Of a stretch of 23,588 bases of DNA, positions 8,390-20,145 are shown piece after piece; position 1 is the first letter of the stretch, and the number at the start of each line of letters is the position of its first letter. Source of the DNA: an uncultured delta proteobacterium (GTDB lineage: Bacteria > Myxococcota > Myxococcia > Myxococcales > Anaeromyxobacteraceae); NCBI GenBank assembly GCA_963814585.1, contig CAWFDF010000017.1, positions 1-23,588 on the forward strand, read 5' to 3'. A program made the position numbers and the translations under genes. The notes below the pieces were generated by a model, which was not told the DNA's origin, ran no database searches, and was given only the letters and a program-made list of their open reading frames with translations.

Positions 8390-10063
8390 GTCCCGCTCGC
8401 GGCGCCGCGGTCGGCCGCTCGGACCGGCCAGGTGGCGGAAGGCGGGGGCCACGAAGGCCAGGTCGGTGGCCTCGCGCACCGCCAGCCGCATCTGGAACTC
8501 CATCACGTCGGGCGGCACCGGCCCCTGGTAGCCGTCCAGGCAGCGGCGCACCGCCTCGAGGGGCGCCAGGCTGGCCGTCCGCACCAGCCGGTAGGCCTTC
8601 ACCGAGAGCGCCTCGGCCGCGCCCGGCGTGAGCAGCAGCGGCGGCGCGAGCGGGAGCAGGTCGGCCGGGGACACCGCCAGGTCGAGCCGCGCCAGCAGCG
8701 CCGAGAGCAGCCCCGCGCTCTCCTCGGCGGTGGCGGTCGGGAGGATGGGCACCTTGACGTCGACGCGGCCGGGCCGCTTCAGGTCCACCTCGATGAGGTC
8801 CGGGCGCGACGAGGCCAGCACCCACATGACCCGCCCGCGGTTGGAGGAGTCGCTCATCTCCTGCGCCACCATCGAGTAGAGGCGCCCCCCCAGGCCGCTG
8901 TCGCCGCTGCCCGACTCGCGCCGCCCCAGCGCCTGGTCGGCCTCGTCCACGAAGACCATGCAGCGCCCCAGCGCCCGCACCAGCCGGAAGATCTTCTCCA
9001 GGTTCCCCTCGGAGGAGCCGACCCAGCGGTCGCGGAAGTTCTTGAGCTTCACCACCGGCACGCCGGCCTCCCCGGCCAGGCACTCGACCAGGAAGGTCTT
9101 GCCGGTGCCCACCGGCCCGCAGACCAGGTAGCCCATGGGCAGGGCGCGCAGGTCGGCGGCGCGCCAGAGCGCCACGTCCTGCCGGAGCCAGGCCTTGAGC
9201 GCCTCCTGCCCGTGGTAGTCGGCGAAGGAGCGGCGCGGCTCGATGAACTCCACCAGGCCGGCCGAGTCGCGCTCGACCAGCTCCTTCTTGACCCGCGCCT
9301 GGTCGGCGGGGCGCAGGGGGCGCTGCTCGTGGGCCCGGGTCTTCACCAGGCTCTCCAGCGCCGAGATCGAGACCCCCACGAAGGCGGCGGCCGAGGCGCC
9401 CAGCTCCCCGCTCCCGGCGTCGAAGGCGGCCGGGTGCTGCTGCTGGAGCATGGTGAGGGCCTGGGTCAGCGGCGCCGCGTCGGGCAGCGGCACGCGCACC
9501 CGGTTCACCCGCGGGTTTCCGGAGATGAGCGGGTGCAGGTCGGTGAGGCCGTCGGCCAGCAGGAAGGAGGCGAACGCCACCTCGGAGAAGGGGGCCTCGC
9601 CGGCCCAGTCGCGCACCAGCGAGACCAGGCTGCCCTGCTCGTGGCCGCCGTCGTTGCCGGCCGGCAGGATGCGATCGGCGCCGCGCAGGATGCAGGCCAC
9701 CGAGCGCTTCTCCGGCCGCCCCAGGGCGCGCAGGTTGGCGAGGTAGCGCACCCAGCGCCCCACCAGCTCCACCGCCTCGAGCGGATCGCGCGGCAGCGGG
9801 CCGGCCTTCTCGCCCCCGCGCCAGGCCTCCACCGCCTCGGCGCCGCGCGCCACCCGGAGCCCGTTGCCCAGGTCGTAGACGAAGACCACGTCGAAGCCGG
9901 CCAGCAGCTCCTCCTCCAGCCAGCGGTGGAGCGTGACCAGCCGTCCCTCCACCGGCAGGCGGTCGGCCACGTTGCCGTGCAGGATGAACTGGCCGTGGGC
10001 GCCGCTCTCGTAGGCCAGCACGAGGTCGGCGGCCCAGGCGGGCGCGCTCGGCGGGAGGGGCAT
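8386..10063 (-). CDS. Classical-clade AAA+ ATPase with a degenerate N-terminal AAA-like domain
   Basis: Walker A GPVGTGKT, pore loop RWVGSSE, Walker B MVFVDEAD, second region of homology SSRPDLIEVDLKRPGRVD; N-half has eroded motifs (FILHGNVAD; CILRGADRILP). 3' end inferred from a probable +1 indel near 8420. Confidence 0.9.
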
Positions 10064-10128
10064 GCTAGGTCCCGCCTCGCCGCGGTCTCGGCGCTCTGGT
10101 CACGGTCGCCGGCCTGGGGTGGGGCATC

Positions 10129-10890
10129 TCAGCCCTCCTTGCCGCCCTCGGTCTCGCTGGCCTTGGCCGCGCCCATGGCCCGCTCGGCCGGGGCCGTCGC
10201 CACCTGGGGCTCCAGCGTGATGCCCTCCTTGGCGGCGAAGTCGGCCAGCGCCTGGTCGGCCAGCGCCTCCAGCTCCGCCTCCTTGACGTTCACCTCGCTC
10301 ATGTCGAGCGCGTCCCTGGCCACGCGGGCCCGCCCGGCCGCCTTGGTCCGCTCCTCCTCCACCATCTCGTGGAGCCGGTTGATGGTGTCGCCCGAGCCGC
10401 CGATCTCGCTGACCATGCCGGAGGCCATCTCGTGCATCTCCGCCATGGCCTGCTTCATGCGCATGTCGGTGATGGCGCCCTTCAGGCCCTCGATCTTGGC
10501 GCGGGCCGAGGCCACCGCCACGTCACGGGCCTTGACCAGGTTCTTGTAGGTCTCCTCGGCCTGGGCGAGCTGGCGCCGGTTCTCCGCCAGCTCGGCCTCC
10601 ACCGCCTGCAGCCGCACCGCGTACTGGCCGGCGGCGTTGCGGTTGCCGGCGCGCAGGTGGGCGGTGGTCTTGGCCTTCAGGTCGCGCTGCTCGGCCTCCT
10701 GCTTGCGCACCTGGCCCATGATCCGCTCGCACAGGCCGGCGTGGGTGGCCAGCCCCTGGTTGAAGGAGGCCACCTGCTTGCGCAGGTTCTCCGCCTCGAG
10801 CTGGAGCAGCGCCTCGGGGTTGCGCTTCTCCAGGTCGGTGACGAACAGGTTCGCAAACGCCCTCAGCAGGTTCCCCAGCCGCTGCCACAT
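10129..10890 (-). CDS. pspA: PspA/IM30 (Vipp1, ESCRT-III superfamily) protein
   Basis: 253 aa; amphipathic N-terminus (MWQRLGNLLRAFANLFV) followed by E.RNPEALL and long coiled-coils; strong GAGGAGG RBS. Confidence 0.88.
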   Translation of the reverse strand: MWQRLGNLLRAFANLFVTDLEKRNPEALLQLEAENLRKQVASFNQGLATHAGLCERIMGQVRKQEAEQRDLKAKTTAHLRAGNRNAAGQYAVRLQAVEAELAENRRQLAQAEETYKNLVKARDVAVASARAKIEGLKGAITDMRMKQAMAEMHEMASGMVSEIGGSGDTINRLHEMVEEERTKAAGRARVARDALDMSEVNVKEAELEALADQALADFAAKEGITLEPQVATAPAERAMGAAKASETEGGKEG

Positions 10891-10934
10891 GGTCGTCCTC
10901 CTCGACGCGCGCCCGCCGCGGGCGCGGAGCCGCG

Positions 10935-10963
10935 ATTATGGACGGGGCCCGGGTGCGCCGCCA
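10935..10963 (-). promoter_or_regulatory. Candidate sigma70-type promoter for the pspA operon
   Basis: Minus strand TGGCGG-N17-CATAAT about 45 bp upstream of the pspA ATG; good -10, weak -35. Confidence 0.3.
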
Positions 10964-11174
10964 CCTGGACAGGAGGGTCGCTCCCGGACCCCCTCCGGTT
11001 TCGGGCCCCCGCCCCGGGCCAGGCTCGGGCCAGCGGCCCGGCGGTCCTGCGCGTCCGCGCCCGGCACCGGGGCCGGCGGGAGGGGGTACCATGGCGCCAT
11101 GCCCGCGCAGGGTTCCCCACCCTCCCGATGGCCGCGGCTCGAGCCGGCACCGAGGTGCCCGCCTCGTCTCGCGG

Positions 11175-12545
11175 ATGGCATCGACTCCCATGAACGACTC
11201 CCCCCCCAGTCCGCTCCGCGTGCTCGTCATCGACGACGAGCCCAACATCCGGGACACCCTCGCGCTCTGCATCCAGGGGACCGGCGCCCGCGCCGACAAG
11301 GTCGGATCGAGCGCGGCGGCGCTGGAGGCGCTGCGGCTCGCGCCGTACGACCTGGCCTTCTGCGACCTCCGGCTGGGGTCGGAGAGCGGGCTCGACCTCA
11401 TCCCGCGGCTGCTCGCCGAGCGCCCGGGCCTGGAGGTGGTCGTCATCACCGCCTTCGCCACCTTCGACACGGCCGTGGAGGCCATCCGCCGCGGCGCGCG
11501 CGACTACCTGCCGAAGCCCTTCACGCCGGCCCAGATCCGCCACCACGTCGAGGCCGCGCGCCAGCGGCGCGCCACCGCCTCCCGGCTCGACGACCTGGAG
11601 GCGCGCCTCGCCGACGCGGCCCCCGACGTCCGGCTCGACTCGGCCTCCCCCCGGGTCCGCGCGGCCGTCGAGACGCTCATGAAGGCCGCGCCCCATGACG
11701 TCTCCGTCCTGCTGCGCGGGGAGAGCGGGACCGGCAAGGGCGTCATGGCCCGCGCCCTCCATGCGGCCAGCCCGCGCCGGGAGCGCCCCTTCGTGGTCGT
11801 GAACTGCCCCACGCTCTCGGAGGAGCTGCTGGCGAGCGAGCTCTTCGGGCATGCGCGAGGCTCCTTCACCGGCGCCGTCCGCGACCAGCCCGGGCGCATC
11901 GAGGCCGCCGAGGGCGGCACGCTCTTCCTCGACGAGATCGGGGAGATCTCCCCGTCCCTCCAGTCCAAGCTCCTCCGGTTCCTCCAGGAGCGGCGCTTCG
12001 AGCGGGTCGGCGAGAACCGGACCCGCGTCGCCGACGTGCGCGTCGTCGCCGCGACCAGCCGGGACCTGGAGGCCGCGGTGAAGGAGGGCCGGTTCCGGGA
12101 GGACCTGCTCTACCGGCTCAACGTCGTGGAGGTGACCGTCCCGCCGCTCCGCGATCGCACCGAGGACGTCCTTCCGCTCGCGCGGGGCTTCGTCGCCTTC
12201 TTCGCCTCCCAGGTCCGGCGCTCGCCACCGGAGATCTCGCCGGCCACGGAGCGAATGCTCCAGGCGTGGCCCTGGCCCGGCAACGTCCGCGAGCTGCGCA
12301 ACGCCATGGAGCGCGCCGTGATCCTGACGCCCGGGCAGGTGCTCGAGCCGGAGAGCTTCCCGGAGCGGATGGCGGGGCACGTCGGGCGCGTGCCGACGCT
12401 GGGGGGCGACTTCACCGTGGAGGAGGTGGAGCGGGAGCACATCCTCCGCGTGCTGGCCCGCACCTCCACGCAGGACGAGGCCGCGCGCCTCCTCGGGCTC
12501 GACACCTCGACCCTGTGGCGGAAGCGCAAGAAGGAGGGACGCTGA
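11175..12545 (+). CDS. Sigma54-dependent NtrC-family response regulator, AlgB-like (REC-AAA-HTH)
   Basis: REC domain (VIDDE, FCDLRLG, YLPKPF); GESGTGK; ELFGHARGSFTGA; LFLDEIGE; WPGNVRELRN; Fis-type HTH ending LGLDTSTLWRKRK. Start at 11175 or 11190. Confidence 0.93.
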   Translation: MASTPMNDSPPSPLRVLVIDDEPNIRDTLALCIQGTGARADKVGSSAAALEALRLAPYDLAFCDLRLGSESGLDLIPRLLAERPGLEVVVITAFATFDTAVEAIRRGARDYLPKPFTPAQIRHHVEAARQRRATASRLDDLEARLADAAPDVRLDSASPRVRAAVETLMKAAPHDVSVLLRGESGTGKGVMARALHAASPRRERPFVVVNCPTLSEELLASELFGHARGSFTGAVRDQPGRIEAAEGGTLFLDEIGEISPSLQSKLLRFLQERRFERVGENRTRVADVRVVAATSRDLEAAVKEGRFREDLLYRLNVVEVTVPPLRDRTEDVLPLARGFVAFFASQVRRSPPEISPATERMLQAWPWPGNVRELRNAMERAVILTPGQVLEPESFPERMAGHVGRVPTLGGDFTVEEVEREHILRVLARTSTQDEAARLLGLDTSTLWRKRKKEGR

Positions 12546-12567
12546 GCAGCGGACCGACGAGGCCGCT

Positions 12568-12602
12568 TGCCGCAGCGAGAGGATCGGCTCTCGCAGCAGG
12601 CA
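12568..12602. terminator. Hairpin between convergent regulator and kinase genes
   Basis: GCGAGAG-gatcgg-CTCTCGC core (12575-12594) with an imperfect extension; no U-tract. Confidence 0.3.
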
Positions 12603-12675
12603 TCTCGCCTGGGGCGCGGCACTGGCAGCCTGCGCCACAGCAGGGCTCGGGCCAGTCGAGTGGCACCATGCGCCC

Positions 12676-14502
12676 TCACGCGCCGCTGCGCGGGCTGGCC
12701 GGGAGCGTGAACCAGAAGGTGCTGCCCTGGCCGGCCTCGCTCGTCGCCCCCATCTCCCCGCCGTGCGCTCGCACCACCTCGCGGGAGATGTAGAGCCCGA
12801 GCCCGACTCCGCCGCGCTTCGCCCCGGGGACCTGGAAGAACCGCTCGAAGATCCGCTCCTGGTACTGGGGCGGGATTCCCTCGCCCGAGTCCTGGACCTC
12901 GAAGCGGGCCCCCTCGTTCGTCCGGCGCACGCGGACGTCCACCCGTCCGCCCGGCGGGGTGTGGCGCACCGCATTCCCGAGCAGGTTGTCGAGGACGACG
13001 CCGATCCGCTCCGGGTCGGCCTCGAGCGAGAGGGCCTGGCCAGGTTCCTCCAGGGTGAGCTCCACCCCTCCCGCCCGCGCCGCGGCGTCCGTCTCCCTGA
13101 CGGCCTGCCGGGCCAGCGCGACCGGGTCCACGGCGCGGGCGTGGAGCTCGATGCGGCCCGCCTGGATCCGCGACAGGTCGAGGATGTCGTCGACGATGCC
13201 CTGGAGCCGCTCGCAGTCCTGGCGCGCCGCGGCCATGAGGTCGGCCTGCTGGGGCGTGAGCGGCCCGGCGGCCTCCTCGGCACACATGTGGATGGCCATC
13301 CGGAGCGACGTGAGGGGCGTGCGGAACTCGTGGGCCACGGTGGCGACGAGGTCGTTCTTCAGCTCGTCGAACCGCACCAGCCGGGTGACGTCCTGCAGGA
13401 CCACCGTGACGCCGGTGACCGCTCCCTCCTCGGAGTACAGCGCGGTGGCCCTCGGCAGGAGCCGGTGTGGGCCGTCCTGGAGATCCACCCGGATGGCCTC
13501 GTCGAAGCCGCGAGGGACGACCGCGCCCTTCCCGGAGAGGACGAGCGCCCGGATCGCCTCGACGCGCTCCCGCAGCCGCGGGTCGAGCGCGTGGATCGTC
13601 GCGCCGGCGCCCTCTCCCGTCCCGATCCGGAGCAGGGTCTCCGCGGCCCGGTTCAGGTTGAGGATTCCCACGCCGGCGTCCAGGACCAGGACCGGGTCCG
13701 GCAGGCTGTCGATGGCGGCCTGGGAGGCCTGCTGGGCCTGGAGGAGGTCGCCCAGCGAGCTCTTCCGGAACGCCTCCAGCCGGTCGGCCATGGTGTTGAA
13801 CTCGGTGGACAGCGCCGCGATCTCGTCCCTCCCGTGGGGCCTCGCCCGGGACTCCAGGTCCCCTTCGCCGAAGCGGCGCACCGCGAGGGAGAGGGCCGAC
13901 AGCGGCCTGACGATCCGCGAGGTCAGCGAGAACGAGGCGACCAGCCCGAGGACCAGCGCGCAGAGGGTCGCCACCAGCATGAACTGGAGCAGGCGCTGGG
14001 CGGTCCGGCGCGCCTGGTTGCTCTTGCGGACCATCGCGTCCTGGTTGAGCGACAGCACCTCGTCGATGGCGGACCGGACCGCGATGGAGTCCCGCTGGAG
14101 GGGTCCGAGATAGGCGGGGAGCTTGTCGGTCGCGCCCTCCTGCTCGCGCTCCGCCGTCAGGTAGGCCGTCCAGGCCGCGCGCAGGCGCTCGGTCGCCTGC
14201 ATCTCGCCGGGCTCCGTCAGGTTGCTCTCCTGGACCCGGAGCTCCGCCTCGAACCGGTCCCGCAGCGCCTGCGCCCGCTCCGCCCCGGGCCGCGACAGCG
14301 CCCGGAGCAGCGCCTCGCGGTCGAGCCCGTCGAGCGCGTCCCCCATGCGCTGGGCGGCGAGCACGCTGCGGTAGTTGTCCTGGAGGATGGTCTCCGAGCT
14401 GTCCCCCAGGAAGGAGACCGTGCGCAGGGACGCCGCTCCGACGACGAGCAGGGCCGCGGCCAGCGGGACCTGCGCGAGCAGCAGCCGGCGCCGGAGCGTC
14501 AT
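12676..14502 (-). CDS. Sensor histidine kinase, KinB-like (TM-periplasmic helical sensor-TM-HAMP-PAS-HisKA-HATPase), 608 aa
   Basis: Start MTLRRRLL overlapping the kdpD stop (ATGA); HAMP (GRDEIAALSTEFNTM); H-box VAHEFRTPLTS; N-box NLLGNAVRHT; G boxes DSGEGI and GVGLGL. Confidence 0.92.
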   Translation of the reverse strand: MTLRRRLLLAQVPLAAALLVVGAASLRTVSFLGDSSETILQDNYRSVLAAQRMGDALDGLDREALLRALSRPGAERAQALRDRFEAELRVQESNLTEPGEMQATERLRAAWTAYLTAEREQEGATDKLPAYLGPLQRDSIAVRSAIDEVLSLNQDAMVRKSNQARRTAQRLLQFMLVATLCALVLGLVASFSLTSRIVRPLSALSLAVRRFGEGDLESRARPHGRDEIAALSTEFNTMADRLEAFRKSSLGDLLQAQQASQAAIDSLPDPVLVLDAGVGILNLNRAAETLLRIGTGEGAGATIHALDPRLRERVEAIRALVLSGKGAVVPRGFDEAIRVDLQDGPHRLLPRATALYSEEGAVTGVTVVLQDVTRLVRFDELKNDLVATVAHEFRTPLTSLRMAIHMCAEEAAGPLTPQQADLMAAARQDCERLQGIVDDILDLSRIQAGRIELHARAVDPVALARQAVRETDAAARAGGVELTLEEPGQALSLEADPERIGVVLDNLLGNAVRHTPPGGRVDVRVRRTNEGARFEVQDSGEGIPPQYQERIFERFFQVPGAKRGGVGLGLYISREVVRAHGGEMGATSEAGQGSTFWFTLPASPRSGA

Positions 14503-15647
14503 GCGCGCCTCTTCTCCTCGTCGAAGGAGACGACGTGCACGTCGAGTCCGTCCGCGGCGTCGACCACCCGGTCGAGCACCGAGCGCCGCAGGTGGCGCCG
14601 CCACCAGGGCTCGCTCCCGCGGCCGAGGATGATGTCACCCACCCGGTGCGACCGTGCGAAGTCGATGAGCGCGGCCGCCGGATCCTCGGACTGGAGGCGC
14701 ACCACCTCTCCTCCCATCTCCTTGGCCCGGGCGATGTTGGTGTGCAGGTGGCGCTGCACCTCCGAGTCGATGCGCTCGGGCGACTCCCGGTGGGTCTCCA
14801 CGTGGACCGCGTACCAGTCGGTGTTGAGCCGCCCGGCCATCCTCGAGGCCCGGCGGAGGAGGGTCGCCGCGTGCGTGGGGTTCGAGGAGAGGCACACCAT
14901 GACGCGGCCCGGGGCCGGAGCTCCCGGAGCCGCGGAGGGCTGCCGGATGGCCGCGCGGTCGAGGCTCTGGGCCACCTCGCGGAGCGACAGCTCGCGGAGG
15001 GTGGAGAGGTTGGCGTCGCGGAAGAAGTGCTCGAGGGCCCAGGGGATGCGGTCGGCTGGGTAGATCTTCCCGCCCTTGAGCCGCTCGAGGAGGTCCTCCA
15101 CGGCCAGGTCGAGGTTCACCACCTGGTCGGCCTGCTCCAGGAAGGAGTCGGGGATCGTCTCCCGGACCTGCACGGCCGTGTTGCGCTGGATGAGATCGTT
15201 CAGGCTCTCCAGGTGCTGGATGTTGAGCGCCCCGATCACGTTGACGCCCGCGTCGAGCAGCTCCAGGACGTCCTGGTAGCGCTTGCCGTGGCGCGAGCCG
15301 GGGGCGTTGGTGTGCGGGATCTCGTCGACGACGGCGACGGTGGGCTTGCGAGCCAGGACCGCGTCGAGATCCATCTCCTCGACCGCGACGCCCCGGTACT
15401 CCACCCTTCGCCGGGGAACCACCTCCAGGTCGCCGATCAGCGCCGCGGTCTCGGCCCGGCCGTGCGTCTCCACCAGCGCGCCGACCACGTCCACGCCCCG
15501 CTTCCGCAGGGCGTGGGCCTCCTCCAGCATGCGCCAGGTCTTGCCCACCCCCGCCGCGAACCCGACGTAGAGCTTGAGCTTCCCGCGGCGGGCCCGCTCC
15601 ACGAGCTCGAGGAAGTCCTCCGGCCGCTGGCGGACGGGCGCCGTCAT
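14499..15647 (-). CDS. kdpD: Stand-alone KdpD N-terminal sensor (KdpD domain plus Usp domain; no TM or kinase)
   Basis: GKLKLYVGFAAGVGKT, VETHGRAET, VDEIPHTN..GSRH.KRYQDV, NIQHLESLND, then a Usp-like C-terminus; only 382 aa. Confidence 0.92.
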   Translation of the reverse strand: MTAPVRQRPEDFLELVERARRGKLKLYVGFAAGVGKTWRMLEEAHALRKRGVDVVGALVETHGRAETAALIGDLEVVPRRRVEYRGVAVEEMDLDAVLARKPTVAVVDEIPHTNAPGSRHGKRYQDVLELLDAGVNVIGALNIQHLESLNDLIQRNTAVQVRETIPDSFLEQADQVVNLDLAVEDLLERLKGGKIYPADRIPWALEHFFRDANLSTLRELSLREVAQSLDRAAIRQPSAAPGAPAPGRVMVCLSSNPTHAATLLRRASRMAGRLNTDWYAVHVETHRESPERIDSEVQRHLHTNIARAKEMGGEVVRLQSEDPAAALIDFARSHRVGDIILGRGSEPWWRRHLRRSVLDRVVDAADGLDVHVVSFDEEKRRA

Positions 15648-15656
15648 CTCGTCGTT

Positions 15657-16259
15657 CTACCCCTTCGGGCTGGCCGCCGGGCGCCCGAACTGCCGGTCGA
15701 GGGCCAGGTTGAGGAGCAGGACGTTCACCCGGGGCTCGCCGAGCAGCCCAAGGTCGCGCCCCTCGACTGCATCCTCCACGGCCGCCCTGATGCGCGCCAC
15801 GCTCACGCCCCGGGCCGCGGCGACCCGGGACACCTGCCAGAGCGCGCCGGCGGGGGACAGGTGCGGATCGAGCCCGCTCCCGGACGTCGTCACCAGCTCC
15901 GACGGGACCAGCCGGGGGGCCGCCGGGTTCTCGGCCCGGAGCCGGACCACCTCGGCCGCGGCGCGGTCCCGGAGCCTCGCCGAGGTCGGACCCAGGTTCG
16001 AGCCGCCCGAGGCCAAGGGGTCGAAGCCCCTCTCGCCCGCGGCGGACGGCCGCGGCTGGAAGTAGGCCGGCGACGAGAAGCCCTGGGCCAGCAGCTCCGA
16101 GCCCACCGGCTGGCCGGAGCCGTCGAGGACGATGCTCCCCCCGGCCCGGCGGGGAAAGGCGAGCTGGGCCAGGCCGGTCACGGCCAGCGGGTAGAGCAGG
16201 CCGGTGAGGACGAGGGTGACGACGGTGACGCGCAGCGAGGTCGAGATCTGGTCGAGCAT
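15657..16259 (-). CDS. kdpC: Potassium-transporting ATPase subunit C
   Basis: GLLYPLAVTG, YFQPRPSA, SGGSNLGP, VTTSGSGLDPHLS, GEPRVNVLLLNLALD. Confidence 0.97.
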   Translation of the reverse strand: MLDQISTSLRVTVVTLVLTGLLYPLAVTGLAQLAFPRRAGGSIVLDGSGQPVGSELLAQGFSSPAYFQPRPSAAGERGFDPLASGGSNLGPTSARLRDRAAAEVVRLRAENPAAPRLVPSELVTTSGSGLDPHLSPAGALWQVSRVAAARGVSVARIRAAVEDAVEGRDLGLLGEPRVNVLLLNLALDRQFGRPAASPKG

Positions 16260-16268
16260 GGATTTCCC

Positions 16269-18314
<2,046 letters not shown>

Positions 18315-18316
18315 GG

Positions 18317-20039
18317 CTAGAAGACCCTTCCGCGCAGGGCGGCGAAGTGCTCGAGCACCGGCCCGAGGGACAGCGCCGGGAAGAAGGTCAGCGCCCCGAC
18401 GATGACGATCACCGTGACGAGGAGGAGGACGAAGGTGGGGCCGCCGGTGGGGAAGGTCCCGGGACCGGCGGGGACCGACTTCTTGGCGACCATGGCGCCG
18501 GCGATGGCGAGCGCCGGGACGATCATGAAGAACCGCCCCACCAGCATGTCCACGCCCAGGGAGAGGTTCCAGAAGGTCGTGTTCGCGTTCAGGCCGGCGA
18601 AGGCCGAGCCGTTGTTGGCGGCGCCGCTGGTGAAGGCGTAGAGCAGCTCGGAGAGCCCGTGAGGCCCGGCGTTGTTCAGCGACGAGGTCCCCTGCGGCAC
18701 GACCGCCGCCCAGCCCGCCAGGACCAGCACCGCGACCGGGAAGACCAGGACGTAGAGCACGGCCAGCTTCATCTCGCGCCCCTCCACCTTCTTCCCCAGG
18801 TACTCGGGCGTGCGCCCCACCATCAGGCCGGCGAGGAACACCGTCAGGATGGCCATGACCAGCATCCCGTAGAGGCCGGCGCCGACCCCGCCGAAGACGA
18901 CCTCGCCGAGCTGCATGTTCACCATCGGGACCAGTCCGCCGAGGGGCGTGAAGCTGTCGTGCATGGAGTTCACCGCCCCGCAGGAGGCGTCGGTGGTCAC
19001 GGTGGCGAAGAGCGCGGAGCTCGCCACGCCGAAGCGCATCTCCTTGCCCTCCAGGTTGCCGGCGGACTGGTCGAGCTCCAGGCCGGCGAGGGCCGGGTTG
19101 CCGCCCGCCTCGGCGCCGTAGGCCACGGTCGCCCCGACCAGGAAGAGCGCCGCCATGGCGGCGAAGAGCGCCCACCCCTGCCTCCCGTCCCGCGCCATCC
19201 GTCCGTAGGTGAAGGTGAGCCCGGCCGGGATGAGGAAGATGAGGAGCATCTGCGACCAGGTTCACCAGCGGCGTGGGGTTCTCGAACGGATGGGCGCTGT
19301 TGGCGTTGAAGAAGCCGCCGCCGTTCGTCCCCAGCATCTTGATGGCCTCCTGCGAGGCCACCGGGCCGAGCGTGACGACCTGCCTCGCCCCCTCGACGGT
19401 CTGGAGCTCGACGTTCGGCGAGAGCGTCTGCACCACCCCCTGGGAGACCAGGAAGACGGCGACCAGGAGCGAGAGGGGCAGGAGCACGTAGAGGGTGGCC
19501 CGGACGAGATCGACCCAGAAGTTCCCGAGCGTCCTCGGGCCACCCGGGCCCCCGCGGCGGGTCAGCCCCCGCGCCAGGGCCAGCGCCACGCCGATGCCGG
19601 CGGCCGCGGACGTGAAGTTGTGCCAGGCGAGGCCGGCCATCTGGGCCAGGTAGCCCATCGTCGACTCGCCCGCATAGGCCTGCCAGTTCGTGTTGGTGGT
19701 GAAGCTCACCGCGGTGTTCCAGGCCAGCGCCGGGGCGACCTCCCCGAGGCCGTTGGGGTTGAGCGGCAGCAGCGCCTGGAGGCGGAGGATGGCGTAGGTG
19801 ACGAGCAGGCCCATCGCGCTGAAGACGAGCAGCGAGACCGCGTACGCCTTCCAGTCCTGCTCCCGGTCCGGGTCCACCCCGCAGGCCCGGAAGACGAGCC
19901 GCTCCACCGGACCGAGCAGGCGCGGGAGCGGTCGCGCCCGGCTCTCGAAGACGCGGTAGAGCCAGAGCCCGACCGGCTTCGTGAGCAGCAGGACGAGGAG
20001 GGAGAAGAGCCCGATCTGGAGCCAGCCGTTGACCGTCAT
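18317..20039 (-). CDS. kdpA: Potassium-transporting ATPase subunit A, ~573 aa; +1 frameshift near 19253
   Basis: [38 protein letters not shown] filter motifs spread over two frames; removing one base at 19253/19254 gives ...[18 protein letters not shown]... Confidence 0.96.
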
Positions 20040-20047
20040 GGGGTCCC

Positions 20048-20137
20048 CTAGAAGCGCTCGGGGCGGAGGAGCGCGTAGACGAGGTAGGCGGCGAGCAGGA
20101 CGGCGACGCCGATGCCGAGGACGTGGTCGAGGGACAT
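20048..20137 (-). CDS. kdpF: Potassium-transporting ATPase subunit F (29 aa)
   Basis: [29 protein letters not shown] with the YL.YAL..PE.F signature; GGAGG RBS; directly upstream of kdpA. Confidence 0.93.
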   Translation of the reverse strand: MSLDHVLGIGVAVLLAAYLVYALLRPERF

Positions 20138-20145
20138 GGGGCCTC

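Noticed and set aside
5811..9083. 1090-aa ORF
   Set aside because: The N-terminal half is an off-frame shadow of the ATPase and 2TM genes; the real gene starts at ATG 7541 with an RBS.
10064..10127. Alternative ATPase start or 20-aa peptide at ATG 10127
   Set aside because: It has a GGAG upstream but stops at TAG 10067-10065; joining it to the ATPase needs another unproven indel.
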